From the NCBI GenBank assembly GCA_002633005.1, contig NMRA01000463.1:124001-188000 (forward strand): a stretch of DNA of 64,000 bases, given 5' to 3'. Of this stretch, positions 26,720-39,864 are shown piece by piece. This stretch comes from Phoronis australis. Taxonomy: Eukaryota; Animalia; Phoronida. A program made the translations under genes and the position numbers. Below the pieces are notes generated by a model, which saw nothing but the letters and a program-made list of their open reading frames with translations, did not search any database and was not told the origin of the DNA. Each line of letters starts with the position of its first letter. The first letter of the stretch is position 1.

Positions 26720-27013
26720 CGTGTTATTGGAATTCGGAAGTTGAAAAGCTACCTACGCGTAGCCTCCGCCGATGCAACTTTACAGTTGCTGCGTAATTAC
26801 TTACAAGAGCGGTGTATTCTAATTCATTATGCGGCAACCAATTGCACCTAACGTGACAGTATGAACTGTACACATGCACGAGTGTGTTCGTATGACCGAA
26901 AAGTCCATACCTGAGTGTATTCGACGCTTTGCGGTTGTCGTTTCGCATACAGACGTTGATTTGAGTCATTGGCGGTTCTTCAAGAAGACGCATTAACTCG
27001 TCATATTCGTAAC
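26720..27013 (-). other. Candidate non-coding (leader) exon, 294 nt
   Basis: Acceptor ttttctgtttgcag|G, donor ACG|gtaagt. The longest frame stops just before the donor and has no recognisable domain. Confidence 0.4.
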
Positions 27014-27617
27014 CTGCAAACAGAAAATTGAACCATTTAGCGTGGGCTAAACAAAAACATATGACCAATTTTCAAAACAGGCGGGTTTGAGTGGCAAAAA
27101 TACGCGGTTTGTTGTTAATTTCTGACACGCGCTCGCGCTATGAACTGATGGGTGTCGTCTGTATGTTATTAACTAAATTCAGTTTCCATTTAAACCATTA
27201 CTGTTCAGTTTCAAAGGTTTTCTTTGATTACAAGCAGACAGCTCAAATCAAGGCATCCGCACATCTCGAAAGTGATCGAATATGATCTTCTATGAAACTG
27301 AACTACCAACAAATTTACCCAGACAAAAACATTTTGTATTTCCACAAGGTATTGCCGTAAGCAGTTGCCTGGTAAAACATTATAATTCAGATAATCGATT
27401 TTGCAGTGCGTTTTAGTGCGTTTTAGAAGAAATGTGCGAGTGTGTGTGCGAGAGCTGCTGCCTTGAAAGTAATGTCTTGTGGAATCTCGCTTTGAAAACT
27501 ACCCTCAGGCTGAATGGTAGACAAACAAGGGCATACAACTACTGCTTGAGATAATGGATTTGAACTGGACAAAACACAATGCCGCATTGAGAATGACTTC
27601 GAGACAGAGGTAACGTT

Positions 27618-27800
27618 GACGATAATGGTTGTAATGATGATGTCGACGAAGATGATGATGACGACGGGGATAATGACGACGACGGACGACCATAGTGACT
27701 AAGGGAAGACAATAATACCGACGGTGGTGTTGACGATGGCACGATGACGATGATGAAGGTGACCATGAAGGCCATGGTGATGAAGACGATGATGACGTCA
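27618..27800. repeat. Degenerate (GAT/GAC)n trinucleotide repeat
   Basis: Runs of gatgatgacgac; source of the poly-S/H ORFs at 27505-27955. Confidence 0.85.
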
Positions 27801-28159
27801 ATGAGGGTAGTTTTGACAGCGGTGGATATGGCAATAATACAGGGGCTAATGGTGGCGACACAACTTATGGATAAGATGTGAGTAATAGTGGCGGCAAGGA
27901 TCATGGAGAAAAGAGCGAATACGAAATACAAAAAGGGCAATTTCAGCGATAGCACGCGCCAGCAGACGGTGTTGCATCCACGGGGGACTTCGCCACTGCA
28001 CCATGAGGTTGCGACTTTTAATCAATTTGAATGACAAATCAAGATTCGAGCTAATGAAAACATTTAATTGCTCCCCGAGAACCAGAAAACATACCAAAGG
28101 GATTTGACTAGATTTGCCAATCCGTTGATCTATTAATCGACAATAGTTTAGCCACTTAC

Positions 28160-28181
28160 CCTAAATGCGGAGAAGTCGTGG
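28160..28181 (-). other. Candidate 22-nt microexon
   Basis: Acceptor ttgttcttttccaatacag|, donor AGG|gtaagt. Confidence 0.35.
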
Positions 28182-28841
28182 CTGTATTGGAAAAGAACAA
28201 TATTCGCAAATCATAATCCTCAATCTCATTATTGCTACACGAGTCTTGTATTTAGTCGTCAATGCTGAAGACATAATTGGGAAAGACTTACAAAGCCACG
28301 TTCTACTAGTTAATGATATTAGCCGGAGTAAGTCAGAATAAGATGATTCTCATTAGATGTTAGTAGTTGGATTAACCGAAGAGTCGAGGCAAACTTCGTC
28401 GGTTTTGCTCCAAGGCCATTGCACAATCCAATCCGACTGAAAAAGTACTTATGCCCATATTAAAAACCTAGGCGGGGCAAACCATTTTCGCGACGTTGGT
28501 GTACGCATGTCTACGAAATTAATTCGGCACAGTCAGGCAAGTAAGTATAATTTCCCCCCTCTCCGTGCTTCATCCATCCGCTCTTTCAGCACCCCCCGCA
28601 TGATTCCCCTCAGCCTTTCCCATTCTCCTTCTTTCCCCCAATCTCCCTCAAACCATTTGTCAACAGATTTCATCATATTCAAAGGTATGTTTTGCCCGAG
28701 GCATTTCGCATTATGACATACTCGTCAGTAATGTCGGTGCTTTTGACGTCGACTCTAATTAATTGCAAGGTTAAGCCGAACCAAAGACCTAATGCAGTGC
28801 TGTGACAAGCATAAAGGATGGCTTCGGATAATTGATGGGCG

Positions 28842-29375
28842 ACTCCATTTTAGTTCCATTATCGTAATTACCGAGTAGACCGTCACCTACTTTTCACAAT
28901 ATTTCAACATATTCCACGCCTCACTGAAAAATATGATATTTACATACTTTTCGCTACATTAAAATTCCTCCTAAGCAACGTTAGCAAATTTTTATATACC
29001 GTTTATCAATATTGTTGCATCTGATTTCCCTACATGAATCTGTAAATATTTTTGTTTTTATATATCTGTAATAGCATGTCTAAGTATTGGAATACTTATT
29101 TTAGATACTACTTAATTGTATATATCTCTATGTATATAAGTTTCATTTATGAATTGTTTACAACCCAGATATAATGCTTCGCGGTTTCTGGGTTTGTTAT
29201 TATTTCTTTGTATGTTCTGTGTATCCTTCAATAAATATATATCACAGTGAAAAAAACTCCATTTTAGTTCCATTATCGTAATTACCAAGTAGACCGTCAC
29301 CTACTTTTCACAATATTTCAACATATTCCACGCCTCACTGAAAAATATGATATTTACATACTTTTCGCTACATTA
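28842..29375 (+). mobile_element. ~294-bp polyA-tailed retro-insertion (28962-29255) between two 120-bp direct repeats (28842-28961, 29256-29375)
   Basis: The repeats differ at one position (ccgagt/ccaagt). The insert starts with a short frame KFLLSNVSKFLYTVYQYCCI-stop and ends AATAAA...GAAAAAAA. Confidence 0.7.
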
Positions 29376-29798
29376 GTAAACACTTCTCGATACAACCGTT
29401 ACAATTACGAGTGACCAATTGCAAAATGAAATTTCCAGCACCCATTGTTCCCCGATACATGCAACAGATATACATGTACATAGTTTAGCCTTTGACCAGT
29501 AGTCAAAGAACTCTGTATTGTAGAACATTTCGTGAGTAGTTTCACCTGGCAATTAAATATTTTTATTCTGTAGCTAAACAAAATATCTTTAAATCTTTAT
29601 TTAAAAACTTCCTGTCTTTTAAATTTCACATTTCCTGTAAAAACTATTTTCATGGATTAAACTGTCACTCATCTTGAACATAAGAGGGCGCTGTAAACAA
29701 CAGCATTAGCCAATCATCAATTTAGAATCCCATTACTGGTACCCGTGGTAGATGCACATTCAACTACGGACACCAGATAAAGAAGTTTTGATTGTTTA

Positions 29799-30207
29799 GC
29801 AGTGCCTGAACTTGGAAACTTGCTAAATCCCAAGATCTCGTATGCGTGAACTTGGAATAAAACGAGGAAATTTGAGAAGTTCACTCAAATAGTCACGTTC
29901 ATGCTGATAAAAATTGCACTGCACTAAACCAAATTATATGTTAATAAAATAAGGTCAATTTGAACCAATCTTTTTCAATTATTGGGGAATTTATTCACCA
30001 AACAACCAATGATTTAACCATTTGCATATTACTCCGATTCTGTGATACAAGTTACGTAAAAGAGAATGTCGGGGACCATGAAGGCAATAATTAAAACAGA
30101 TTCTTCACACTGTACAAAAATCACCCGATTGCCTTAAAGAGTATTCATTTCCAAGTTCACGCAAACACTATATTCAGATTAAGCAGGACTCCGACTTCAC
30201 GCACACC
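29799..30207. mobile_element. MITE-like element with ~60-bp imperfect TIRs
   Basis: Left end gtgcctgaacttggaaacttgctaaatc...tgcgtgaacttggaa pairs with right end ttccaagttcacgca...gattaagcaggactccgacttcacgcac. Confidence 0.6.
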
Positions 30208-32658
30208 AGTTTGATATGATATGATATGAACAGCGCACACGATACTTGAACTATATCAGACTATATCAAACCATCAACAGAATTCTGTTCTTAAACATTT
30301 TACCCAGATGCTCCTAAAACACAAAAATCGTCACCAAAACACATTTTATGCAAGATGTCATCTTATGTAGCCTACATTTTGCCATAAACAACACCACTTG
30401 TATGAATAAATGAAAGCCGCCAAAATTACATTAACTTTAAAAAAACAATTCTAACAAATTTCATTACATCTGAGGTCTATTGATTCCAATGCAAGTGGCC
30501 AAAACGATCACTATAGGGGAATAAATTAAAACCCCAATATACTCTGGTAAAGGTTGCCACCAACGATCATCATTTGACCTTTTGCTGAATAGCATAATTT
30601 TGTGCTTCAAGGGACTCACTCAATTTTGATTCAGAAGTTACGGTTTAATGAAATGCAACTCCATTGAGGAGAAGGGTCGTACGAGGCCCGGGTAGAAAAT
30701 GGCGGTGGACAAGTGGGTCAGAGTTTCTATGGCGTGGTTTAATTCTGAAATGAGGCGAGTATCTCTGGTAAAAATCGACAATAACTGGTCCAGAATTTAG
30801 GCCAAGTTTTGTCCTACGTTTTGCCTTACATTTCTTTCCTATTTTGGCATAATTTTGCAATCAAAATATCATCACCGTCTTTGTGATATTACTATGGTTG
30901 AAACAACGTGAGAATCCAAATGCATCACTTGTTTAGCCAGTTTATACTCGGACAGTGAAATTATAAACATATTACCGTTACCCAGCGGACATCAACGTTG
31001 GATTAAAAGTATTGTAATGAGAGGACCAATCTATGCCTTTGAAATTATTGGGACAGACCAGCCGTCGTTGATACGTTTCTCGACCTGGTCACAAGCAAGA
31101 AAAGACCGCAGCCGTTTTGTCTATGCTATCGTACTATCGAAAGTTGGCAATCAAAAATTGCATCCGGGTGTCGCTACCGTCAATCCAGTTGGGAATTTTT
31201 CCGCGAAGCAACGTGATCAGTAGGTAAATTGTACGGGGAATTCTTGTAAACAAACCGGAGAGAATTGTCTAAACAAACAGTGTTTATAACATAATCAAGT
31301 AGTGTCAGTACGAGATAACCGCGGAGAGCTTACGTCCGTGAGGAGCGTTCAGTGATGATAGAACAATTGTTTTCATCACACGAATGAATGTGTTCTTCAA
31401 TATTTGCGTAAGTGTTGATCCGTGCGCGTGGACAGTTGCGAATATTCAAGCAAATATTGCAGTCTAAAGGCTATCATTTTGTTGGAAAAAAGTGCTGGTA
31501 AAATATACCTAAAACCTTCCGTCAATGCACCACCGGTCCATCACAAAGGATAAGAAACAACCAATCATGCGTCATGTATTCTGCCGGTGCGGACGATACC
31601 ACCAACTCAGTTTTCTTGAAGGACATATCTCCAAACGATTATTCTTGTCAAGTCGTCCAGGAAGAAAACATCCACGCACAGGTTAAACACATCCAGTATT
31701 GGAACATATTATTCCATTTCACAAAGGTGATCGAGGGTTCAGGGAACTAATGCCAGAAATCGATATAAAAACCACCACTCATTGACACATTTTGACCAAT
31801 GAATTTTCGAACACGTGTTTGATCTCTGAGAAATGGGTCCAATATTTACACTCCCAACTGTCGAGACCAGTTTTACGCCCAGCCCCTGAACAGCTGTGGT
31901 CCCTGTACCACGAGCACTCAAACTAAATACATTTCGCTACGGTCTCCAATCATCGCAGTAGCAAACGTCGTATTAGCGGGCGAACATCTCGCGAAACGCA
32001 GACATGCGTCAACGAACTTTCACTTTGTATTACAAGATGATAGAGGCATTTAACAGTTCTCACGCGGTTATTTCAGGGTTAAATTAGTAGCGATTATCGC
32101 ATATGCTGACCCAGGCAACTGCTGCGAGATGGAATAAAGTGTTATAATTTGTTTTCCAAGCCGCACGAAGCCACTCGTGTTGTATAACGGCGCCAACACC
32201 TGTTCAGTACAGACTAGGCTGGCATTCCGCAGTGAATTGAGATGTTACAACGTTACGCGTGAATCAAGAACGGCAAGCCCACTCTCGAATGCTAGAACTT
32301 CCTTATTGTGATTTTCTGACCAAAGTTGGTATCTAGATAACGCATTTGCAGATAGACATCTTCTTTCGGGAGGACGCTCTCTCTCCAAGAGAGGTTTCCG
32401 ACCAAGACAAGGAAATGCCCATAGTAAAAGGACAAAAATGACTGAACTAAGCGTCGGGGCATAAATGATGATTTACATTCAGACCACATAAAAACGTACG
32501 TTGCAACACTTTTCACACCTCACCGAAAAAGATATATTTATACACACATAAAAATACATCTCATTTGTTTCACAAAGTATGCCTCATCATAAAATTAAAA
32601 TTGGCGTCATCCAGGCTTTCAAAATGAATATATAATAAATACTCACAAATGGACTTAC

Positions 32659-32760
32659 CTGGATGAATAATAAAATCTATTGTCTTAGAAATAATATTAA
32701 AAATTGTCAAGGTGTTGAGAAAGCGCATTTAGAACGTTAGAGGGCGCGACAATGGTTTTG
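32659..32760 (-). other. Candidate non-coding exon, 102 nt
   Basis: Acceptor ctgttttacgctgttttcag|, donor CAG|gtaagt. All three frames are closed. Confidence 0.4.
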
Positions 32761-32930
32761 CTGAAAACAGCGTAAAACAGGTAGATCGATCACGTGAAAC
32801 TCATTTTGCTGAACCGACATAAGCGGCGTTAACTTGAAAACTTCGTCTTTATCATCAATGCAATACACTGCAACAGGAAATGTTTGCAATGCTCATATTT
32901 ACATATTTAACAAATTATGACTTGAACTAG

Positions 32931-33072
32931 CGTGGAAGGCGCACCATAGGTGCTGGGGGCTATTGCCCCCACCTTTTTCAGTGCTACGTCGCACATGGTC
33001 TATAGGTGGTGCACCACAGGGGGTCTGAGGGGACTATATCTTCCCACTTTTTTCAGTGCTGCACCACCCATG
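32931..33072. mobile_element. Two tandem ~70-bp mini-MITE-like units
   Basis: Both share gcacca.agg..g..gg.ctat..ccc.acyttttt(t)cagtgct. The second has terminal inverted repeats ataggtggtgca / tgcaccacccat. Confidence 0.45.
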
Positions 33073-35814
33073 ACCAGGGATACATCGCCACTGTTTACCT
33101 GCTTGAACGGAAAATCATGTCACTATCTTCGACCTCTATGCAGTTGTAACTAGCGTTATCACGGCAGTGTTATCAAAAATCGCATCGCAGATGTTGGAAG
33201 ACAGGGACACGTGCGACTTCATTAATATCAAGAAGCACCGCATTGTTACCTAAGCTATCCAACCTCCTTAAGAACTCATTGTTGCCGCTTTGTAAGCAGG
33301 AAGTCATTAGAAGAGTCTTGAAACATGGCTCAAAATTTTATGTTTGTTTTATAATGAAAAATGATGGTGAGGGTTTTCATTGCTTGGACCTATCTCAAAC
33401 ACACCTCGTTTTTACATGTTCATAGAACGGTTGCCATCTGCATTCGAAGGAAAATCTACAAAATTATTCTTTAACCAAATGATGACCTTCAGGAGGGAAC
33501 AAACTCATGCCATGGGGTGACAGTGTTTGACAGCGATTTCATTAAGTTTACATGAAGTCGTTTACTGTAAATGAAAAACACTTTTCCATCTGGTGTTTAT
33601 TGTTTTCTATTTGACGCACCTGTGTACCAGATAAAGAGAACAATTTCATCAGCAGATCACTATGAATGGACAAAGTAACGTCGTCCACATGTCGAGAAGT
33701 ATTGTTCCTTTACAACATGATCCGCCATCCAATTCCACGACTCCAGGACGCAGAATAAAAACAGAACGGAAACACGTTTCCAAACACGTATGTATTTACT
33801 ATAACCTGTCACGAGTTCACCAGAAGAGCTAAGTACTATTCCATTAAATTGTACCGGCCATTTTGTTAGTGTACCAACTGAAATTTAAAGTAAACAGTAA
33901 AAAAACAGCGTTAAATTCCTTTTGTCAATTTTATTGGCTATACGGTGTACATGTACAATATAATTAAACTGGTTTGGGTTAAATTTTGATTTACGAATTT
34001 CTTTCTAGTTATATCAGAGAGCAATGAGACTTCGGATCAGCTGACGATGGAATTAATCCACGCGCAAAATTTTTCGACTGAGTTAAGGGCTCGGTTTTTA
34101 GTTATGTTATTAGAAAATACCATTAGTGTCAAATAAGAACACATAATAAAGATAAAATGATAGAAAATGATGTTACATCCTTGAGTAAAGAACGAAACAA
34201 ATATGCAAAAGATTTAGGGAATTTAGTTGTGTCCGTATTTGGGATTGTTCTTTGCAACAGGGCACTGGTGCACTCGGCGGCCTCGATTTCAGCAAATGTG
34301 TGGCAGACGACGGAGAGAATTGGTAATTTGGAATAAAACCGCAAAGAATACGACGGATGAAGTTGTTTTACTGCCCCGGTCAAAACTAACAACTTCAGGT
34401 AATTTATTCCATCCAAAATAATCTCCAAAAGGCGCTTTTTACCGTAAAAGCGATCGAGTCCCTTCAACTGAAGCCGTAAAGCAAAATATATTCAAATTAT
34501 TCATGCCATGCATTCGTATACTCGGTGGATTAGCATCATGCATCGTTCACAGGAGGGACAAATTAATAGCACAACTTTGGTTTTTATTTAAAATATCAAC
34601 TGAACATCCTGGTTGCATTGTCGAGTGTCCTTCTCTAACCGCCGCTTAATCGTAACGAATGAATAGTTCTGATTTATACCCTTCTCAAACAGCACCGGGT
34701 TTCTCTGCTACCTGTTGGCATCACTTCATTAGGTCATTCGCTCTAATAATCCTACGAAAACCCTCAGCATTCAATACTCATTTTCAATGTAAACCACGGT
34801 TTGCGCTACAGCCCATTAGACTGAGACATGGGAATTGATGTATTTATTTATAAACATTGGACAAGATGACTAGGGAATACACACGCAATATACATGCAGG
34901 TAGAGCCGAACTAACAGACGATTTACTGTAGGCTATGTAGGAACTTATCAACACGGCTGTGTACTTAATTTTGCCAAATATCTAGTAAACTGTAAATTGT
35001 ATAAATACATATTTTCTGAAATTATATAACACCGAGAATTTGAATTATAAATTTTACGAACCCGACATCAATTTTGACTTTTTAGTAAAATTAAGCAAAA
35101 ACGAAAAGTAAATTCATAGCAAAACAACACTATCAATAACATGAAATCTTAAAAAGTGTTGATTTTCTAAAAAATGGTGTTCATTTTAATTAATTTAAGT
35201 TTTTCAAAAAATTGTATTTGATATCCCCTCTTGCAGAATTGGATCATTTAAAAAAATCCTAACAATACTTTGTAGAACAGTTCATTAAATACCCTGTCAA
35301 AAAGTTTCACTCGACTGCGATCAATCATTTCTGAGAAAGATCGAATAAAAAGGCATGCGCAGGTGACACTGGGAGCCACAAAAAGAAAACGGAAGAAAAA
35401 CACGACAAAATTATTACAGTCAGCTAGTAACTAGGGTGTTTAGCAGTAGCACGTGATCTTTAAATTTAGATGTTACTTATCTATAGATTGTATTTTAGGG
35501 TTCCACTTGGGTCACTTATGCGGCGTAAGATGCCAAAATTCTGCAGACGCGTAGTGACTGACATCATGTTTCGCGAACGCTACTTCACTCTGCTGTTAGC
35601 CTAACACGTACATGTATAAGAAGTTGTTGTTGTGAATTATCACAAGTTTGGGTTGCACTTGCAGCAAATATTACAAACCGGTTAGCAATGTATAATAAAA
35701 ATAAATACTTATACTGCATACTTATTCTTGCATACGTGTAGAGTGAAAACGTTCATACAGGCTCTTGGAACATGGCGCAACAATAACTGTCTGGGTTAAA
35801 ACACGTCTAACACG

Positions 35815-36303
35815 CAGGGTACGAGTTACCCAAGAACAAGTTTCTCCTGAAATGAGTTGTCACTAGTTTTGGTGGTAGTGTGAACGCCAGTTGCGCTGGG
35901 GCAACTTGTCACACGCTCGATGACTTACCCCACGTTACCCCAAGTAACTTGTTCTAGGGCAACTTAACCCAGCGCAAGTGGTAGTGCGGACTAAAACCTG
36001 TAAGTAAGGTGGAATTAATTACCTAGGACCTCGCTAAGAAGCAAAACTTCGCTAAATTATGCGATATATTGCAGTGCATTTTAAACGAGAACACGTGATT
36101 CTGGCTAGATTTTAGCTAGGTCCTAGCGCTACTGAACGCACGCCACCCGTGTGCTTACTTAGCCTTCATAGGGGTGCCTCACCTTTTATGCGCCTTATTT
36201 ACCTCATGGTCACCAGGTTGGTAATACGGGGGGAAGTTGCTCTAGGGCAAGTTGCTCTAGGGCAAGTTGCTCAAGGGAAACTCGTAGTGTGGCAACGACC
36301 TAA
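35815..36303. repeat. Cluster of AAGTTGCYCTAGGGC-type palindromic repeats, probably non-autonomous DNA-transposon termini
   Basis: Three tandem 15-mers at 36234-36277 and related motifs at 35820-35975. Inverted match tacgagtt.ccc at 35820 versus ~36285. Ends GTAGTGTG...ACC-TAA. Confidence 0.5.
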
Positions 36304-36457
36304 CATTTGCAACAGTCATCTGATCTGAACACACGAAAACAACATGCTCGTACTTTAGGACAATGTCGAATCCCGGTGTAAAGGATTCGGAGTCCCCCTG
36401 AACTGGTTTTGAATGTCCCGACCTGACAAAGAGCCTCCCTCCTGCTACATTGGATCG

Positions 36458-36624
36458 CTAACCAATGAAACGAACACTTTTAATACGCACATGTGCAACT
36501 GCACATGTGCAGTGTTTTTCTTCAATTCTAATACAATGGCTGGCTCGTAATGGCCTCCTGCTACTAAAAGCCCTGTGCGTTTTCGTTTTCTGCAATAGCC
36601 TTTCTCGGCCCAGCTTGAAGGCAT
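36458..36624 (-). pseudogene. Possible decayed THAP zinc-finger remnant (transposon-derived)
   Basis: Read across frameshifts: MPSSWAEKGY (cf. MPxxCxxxGC), *QEAIT (cf. WxxAI) and HVRIKSVRFIG (cf. RICSxHF). Confidence 0.3.
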
Positions 36625-39600
36625 CACGACACATATCGAGGTCAAATATTGAACGTTCAAAGACGCCGTCACCTCGTATATTGTTTTTTGATTGAAACTT
36701 ATATCGGATGACAACAGACGACAATTGAATTAGAAAAAGGCGGATTTAAATTGATATTCAAGACCGCAGAGGTATCGGATTGGTTGTAAGTCGTGAAAAT
36801 TAACCTTTGTTTACACAAACAAAACAGGAGTTGTAACTGAAGGCGATCTCTGGAATGCAATTAAGAATTTCCCAATGAACTGAATTTTCGAAATCAAACG
36901 TGATGCATTGACAGTCATTGCAATCCGGAAATGCAAATGAAGCCAAACTATCAAACAGAACGGACTTAAAAGTGGAAATGGGTATCGTTGAGTTTTGTAC
37001 CTCAAGCACACCTGCAAAACAACGCACCGCCTCTACTGGTCACGTGATGACGTGACCTCCAGTGGGAAACACTTGAGCGAAGACAAGTGTTTTCCTCGAG
37101 TGCAATCACTTCAAGTCAACTTTTCTGCCCCGGTAACGTTCTACAACCAATCATTGTGAGATTAAAACATAAATTGGCTGTTCTGAGACCTCAGAGAGTA
37201 CTGGAGGTCTCCGTAAGGGCATTTGATCTGCTTAGGCTCATAACAGTTTCAGTGGATGTTGGATTCTTTAGAGAGCGAATTTGCACTAAGTAGACGTGTT
37301 AGTGGTAATGAGAAAACACCTGCGAAGGTTACCGTCTGAGAGTTGATGTGTTTTTTTTGGGATGGTCGGCACGTGTTGTTGGGAACGCGAAGACTAGTTA
37401 CAGAAATTTAACTGAGAAAACATTCCTGTAGGTAGATTACTATACTTTTCGCTTGTCGTCGGTGTCGCTTGATTTAACTTAGAATCCGACGAGAGGGCAA
37501 CAGTTTGATAATCTACCTAACGATTTTGTTACAACCTGTTTCTATTCTGTTTTTCCAGACGACTGAGCAGTTAACATTATTTAGGGTATATCATCATCAC
37601 TATTCAGGTGCAAACAGAAACACCATGTAAAATGCAACAATGGAAGCAACCACTGTCAGATATATGGCCGAGAAGGCATTTTGGGAGTTATAGCTGAGTA
37701 CAGGGCAGACGTCTGAAGAGCTATGAAACAGCAAAAGCCATTGATTTTTTAGCAATCGCTGCACTTTATGAGTTAAAGTTATATTTAGCCCTATTTAGCC
37801 GGCTGAAACAAAAATCGAATTGGGCCTTCTATTCTGACAAAATCAGTCTCTTAATTGACATAACTCATCGAGATTCTACGTCTGCAACCATCTCAAGAAA
37901 AAAGGAAATGCGCGCATGTGCCATTTTCGATAGTCACAATTTTAGGGATGACTAACCCAAATAGACAGTGAAGCGTTTTCATGACTCGCTGACGTTCTCT
38001 TTGGTTACGGTAATAGAATCCTATCACGGAACATTTTGAAACCCATTTCGTGAGAGTAAATTGCCTAGTCCGATGTCCGGTATTAGCCACCGGAGCGGGA
38101 GGAAATACAGCTTAACAAACTAAGCTGAGAGTGTAACAGTTTTACTTAGATTTGATTACCTAAACCCCTATCAAATTAAGGAGCATAACTAAACATATTT
38201 TCATACCTACATGTACAAACCCTTTGCCAGGTCTGCACAGGCTTCAAATACTCTTAAAATACTGGAAACCACAAGTGGCGCTACGATCAGCAGCCAAAGC
38301 GAACTGTAGGGGTCGCGCGTTCGAATCCGTATTGAGGCTGATCTTAAGTCCACAATATTATCGTGGATAACGACGAGTAACAGTAATGCTGTTGAAATTG
38401 ATTTTCATAATTTGTCTGAATTCATTATGAAAACTAAGTTTGGATCATTTGTTGTCCACTTGTATAAAACACTCAGCTTGTATGCACACTGACAGGCAAA
38501 TAACAATATGTCGCAGTTAAAGGAAAGTCGTCTTTCTGACAGGATCAATCACTCGAAATGTAGACAAATTTAAATGCAAATCGCCACAAATGGTACTGTA
38601 TCATGTTAATTTTAAATAGACTGTCAACGATAAGAGCAAAAGTGCCGAATATATTATCGCTAGATTTGATACCGCTGCTGACACATAGATGGTTTTAGCG
38701 CTGGGGAAAAACGTAAACGATGCAGAATTAATTGGTGATTTTTCAAATCAATTTCAAATAACGCGTCGAAAGGGTAAACGTGAGGCTGTTTACCAAACGT
38801 CTGACAGACTGCGATAAGGGTTAAAGCGAGACGATTAGGACACACACACACACGTTGATTTAATTTTTTTGACATTGGGTTCTGTTTCAAACCACTTCAG
38901 GGGAGTGAACTGCAAATAGTAATTCAACATATTAGAAAACAAGCGCAATTAGCCTCATGGCTAATAGCATTTGTTTAAACGTACTTACTAATAATATAAT
39001 CTTAACCCTTCTTCCAATTAAACACTTCATCTATGGCGTTCGACCACCAATCAATCCAGGGTTGCCAATTGATACACTCTCTACACGTAACCAAATCATA
39101 TGCATCTAAATCAACATATTTTAAAGATTGAATTTTCATTTTTTTATAAATTCTAGTGAAGCCGCAGCAACATGAGTGACACAGATGTACGGTATTGGAT
39201 TTCACTTCTCATGGATTGCCAGTAAAATCTTAATGCATGCAGAACTCTAATCACTATAAAATAAGTTTTCATTTTAGTGATCAGATGTTTTTCGGTTGGT
39301 GAACCACCTTTTAAGTTGTAAATTGATGGAAGTAAAGGAAGAGCGTGTTTAAACTATAACATTTTCTACCACTGACATCGAGATGTATTTTATTTTTTAA
39401 CTGTTCATTAGTCTACTACAATACATGGTCAATAATGAAAATCAACAAATAATTGTTTCTTAAATATATATTGAGCGCGCCTCAGAGTCCCACTACAGAA
39501 ATAGAAGACTTGCGGACATTGTCAGTTTTAGATTTTTTAAACATAGTCAATGATGTATTTTAACCACCTATGGCACGATCGTAACCTCAAAAGGGTGATC

Positions 39601-39864
39601 GAGTTGACCTACCCTACTTGTCCTCAAATCCCGTTGCATATCGAGTACTCAGTTTTCAACCATGTCGAAGTAGGAAGTCCAACCAACAAACCCTTAACTT
39701 AACAAGTGGCGTGAGAAACTCCGAAATGGCGATTTCCTGCACAAACGCAAAATAACAAACCTTTGCCAACAGGATTACAAGATGGCTCGACTTATGCGAA
39801 GGCTACTCCAGTGAAATGAACTCGCCGAAATCGCTTACGGTTACAACACATTTTCATACTATTA

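Noticed and set aside
27505-27955. Hydrophobic and Ser/His-rich ORFs that resemble membrane proteins
   Set aside because: Products of the (GAT/GAC)n repeat. The same applies to 53654-53971.
38270-38345. tRNA-like B-box GTTCGAATC (also near 60225)
   Set aside because: I could not form a cloverleaf. At most these are decayed SINE heads, not tRNA genes.
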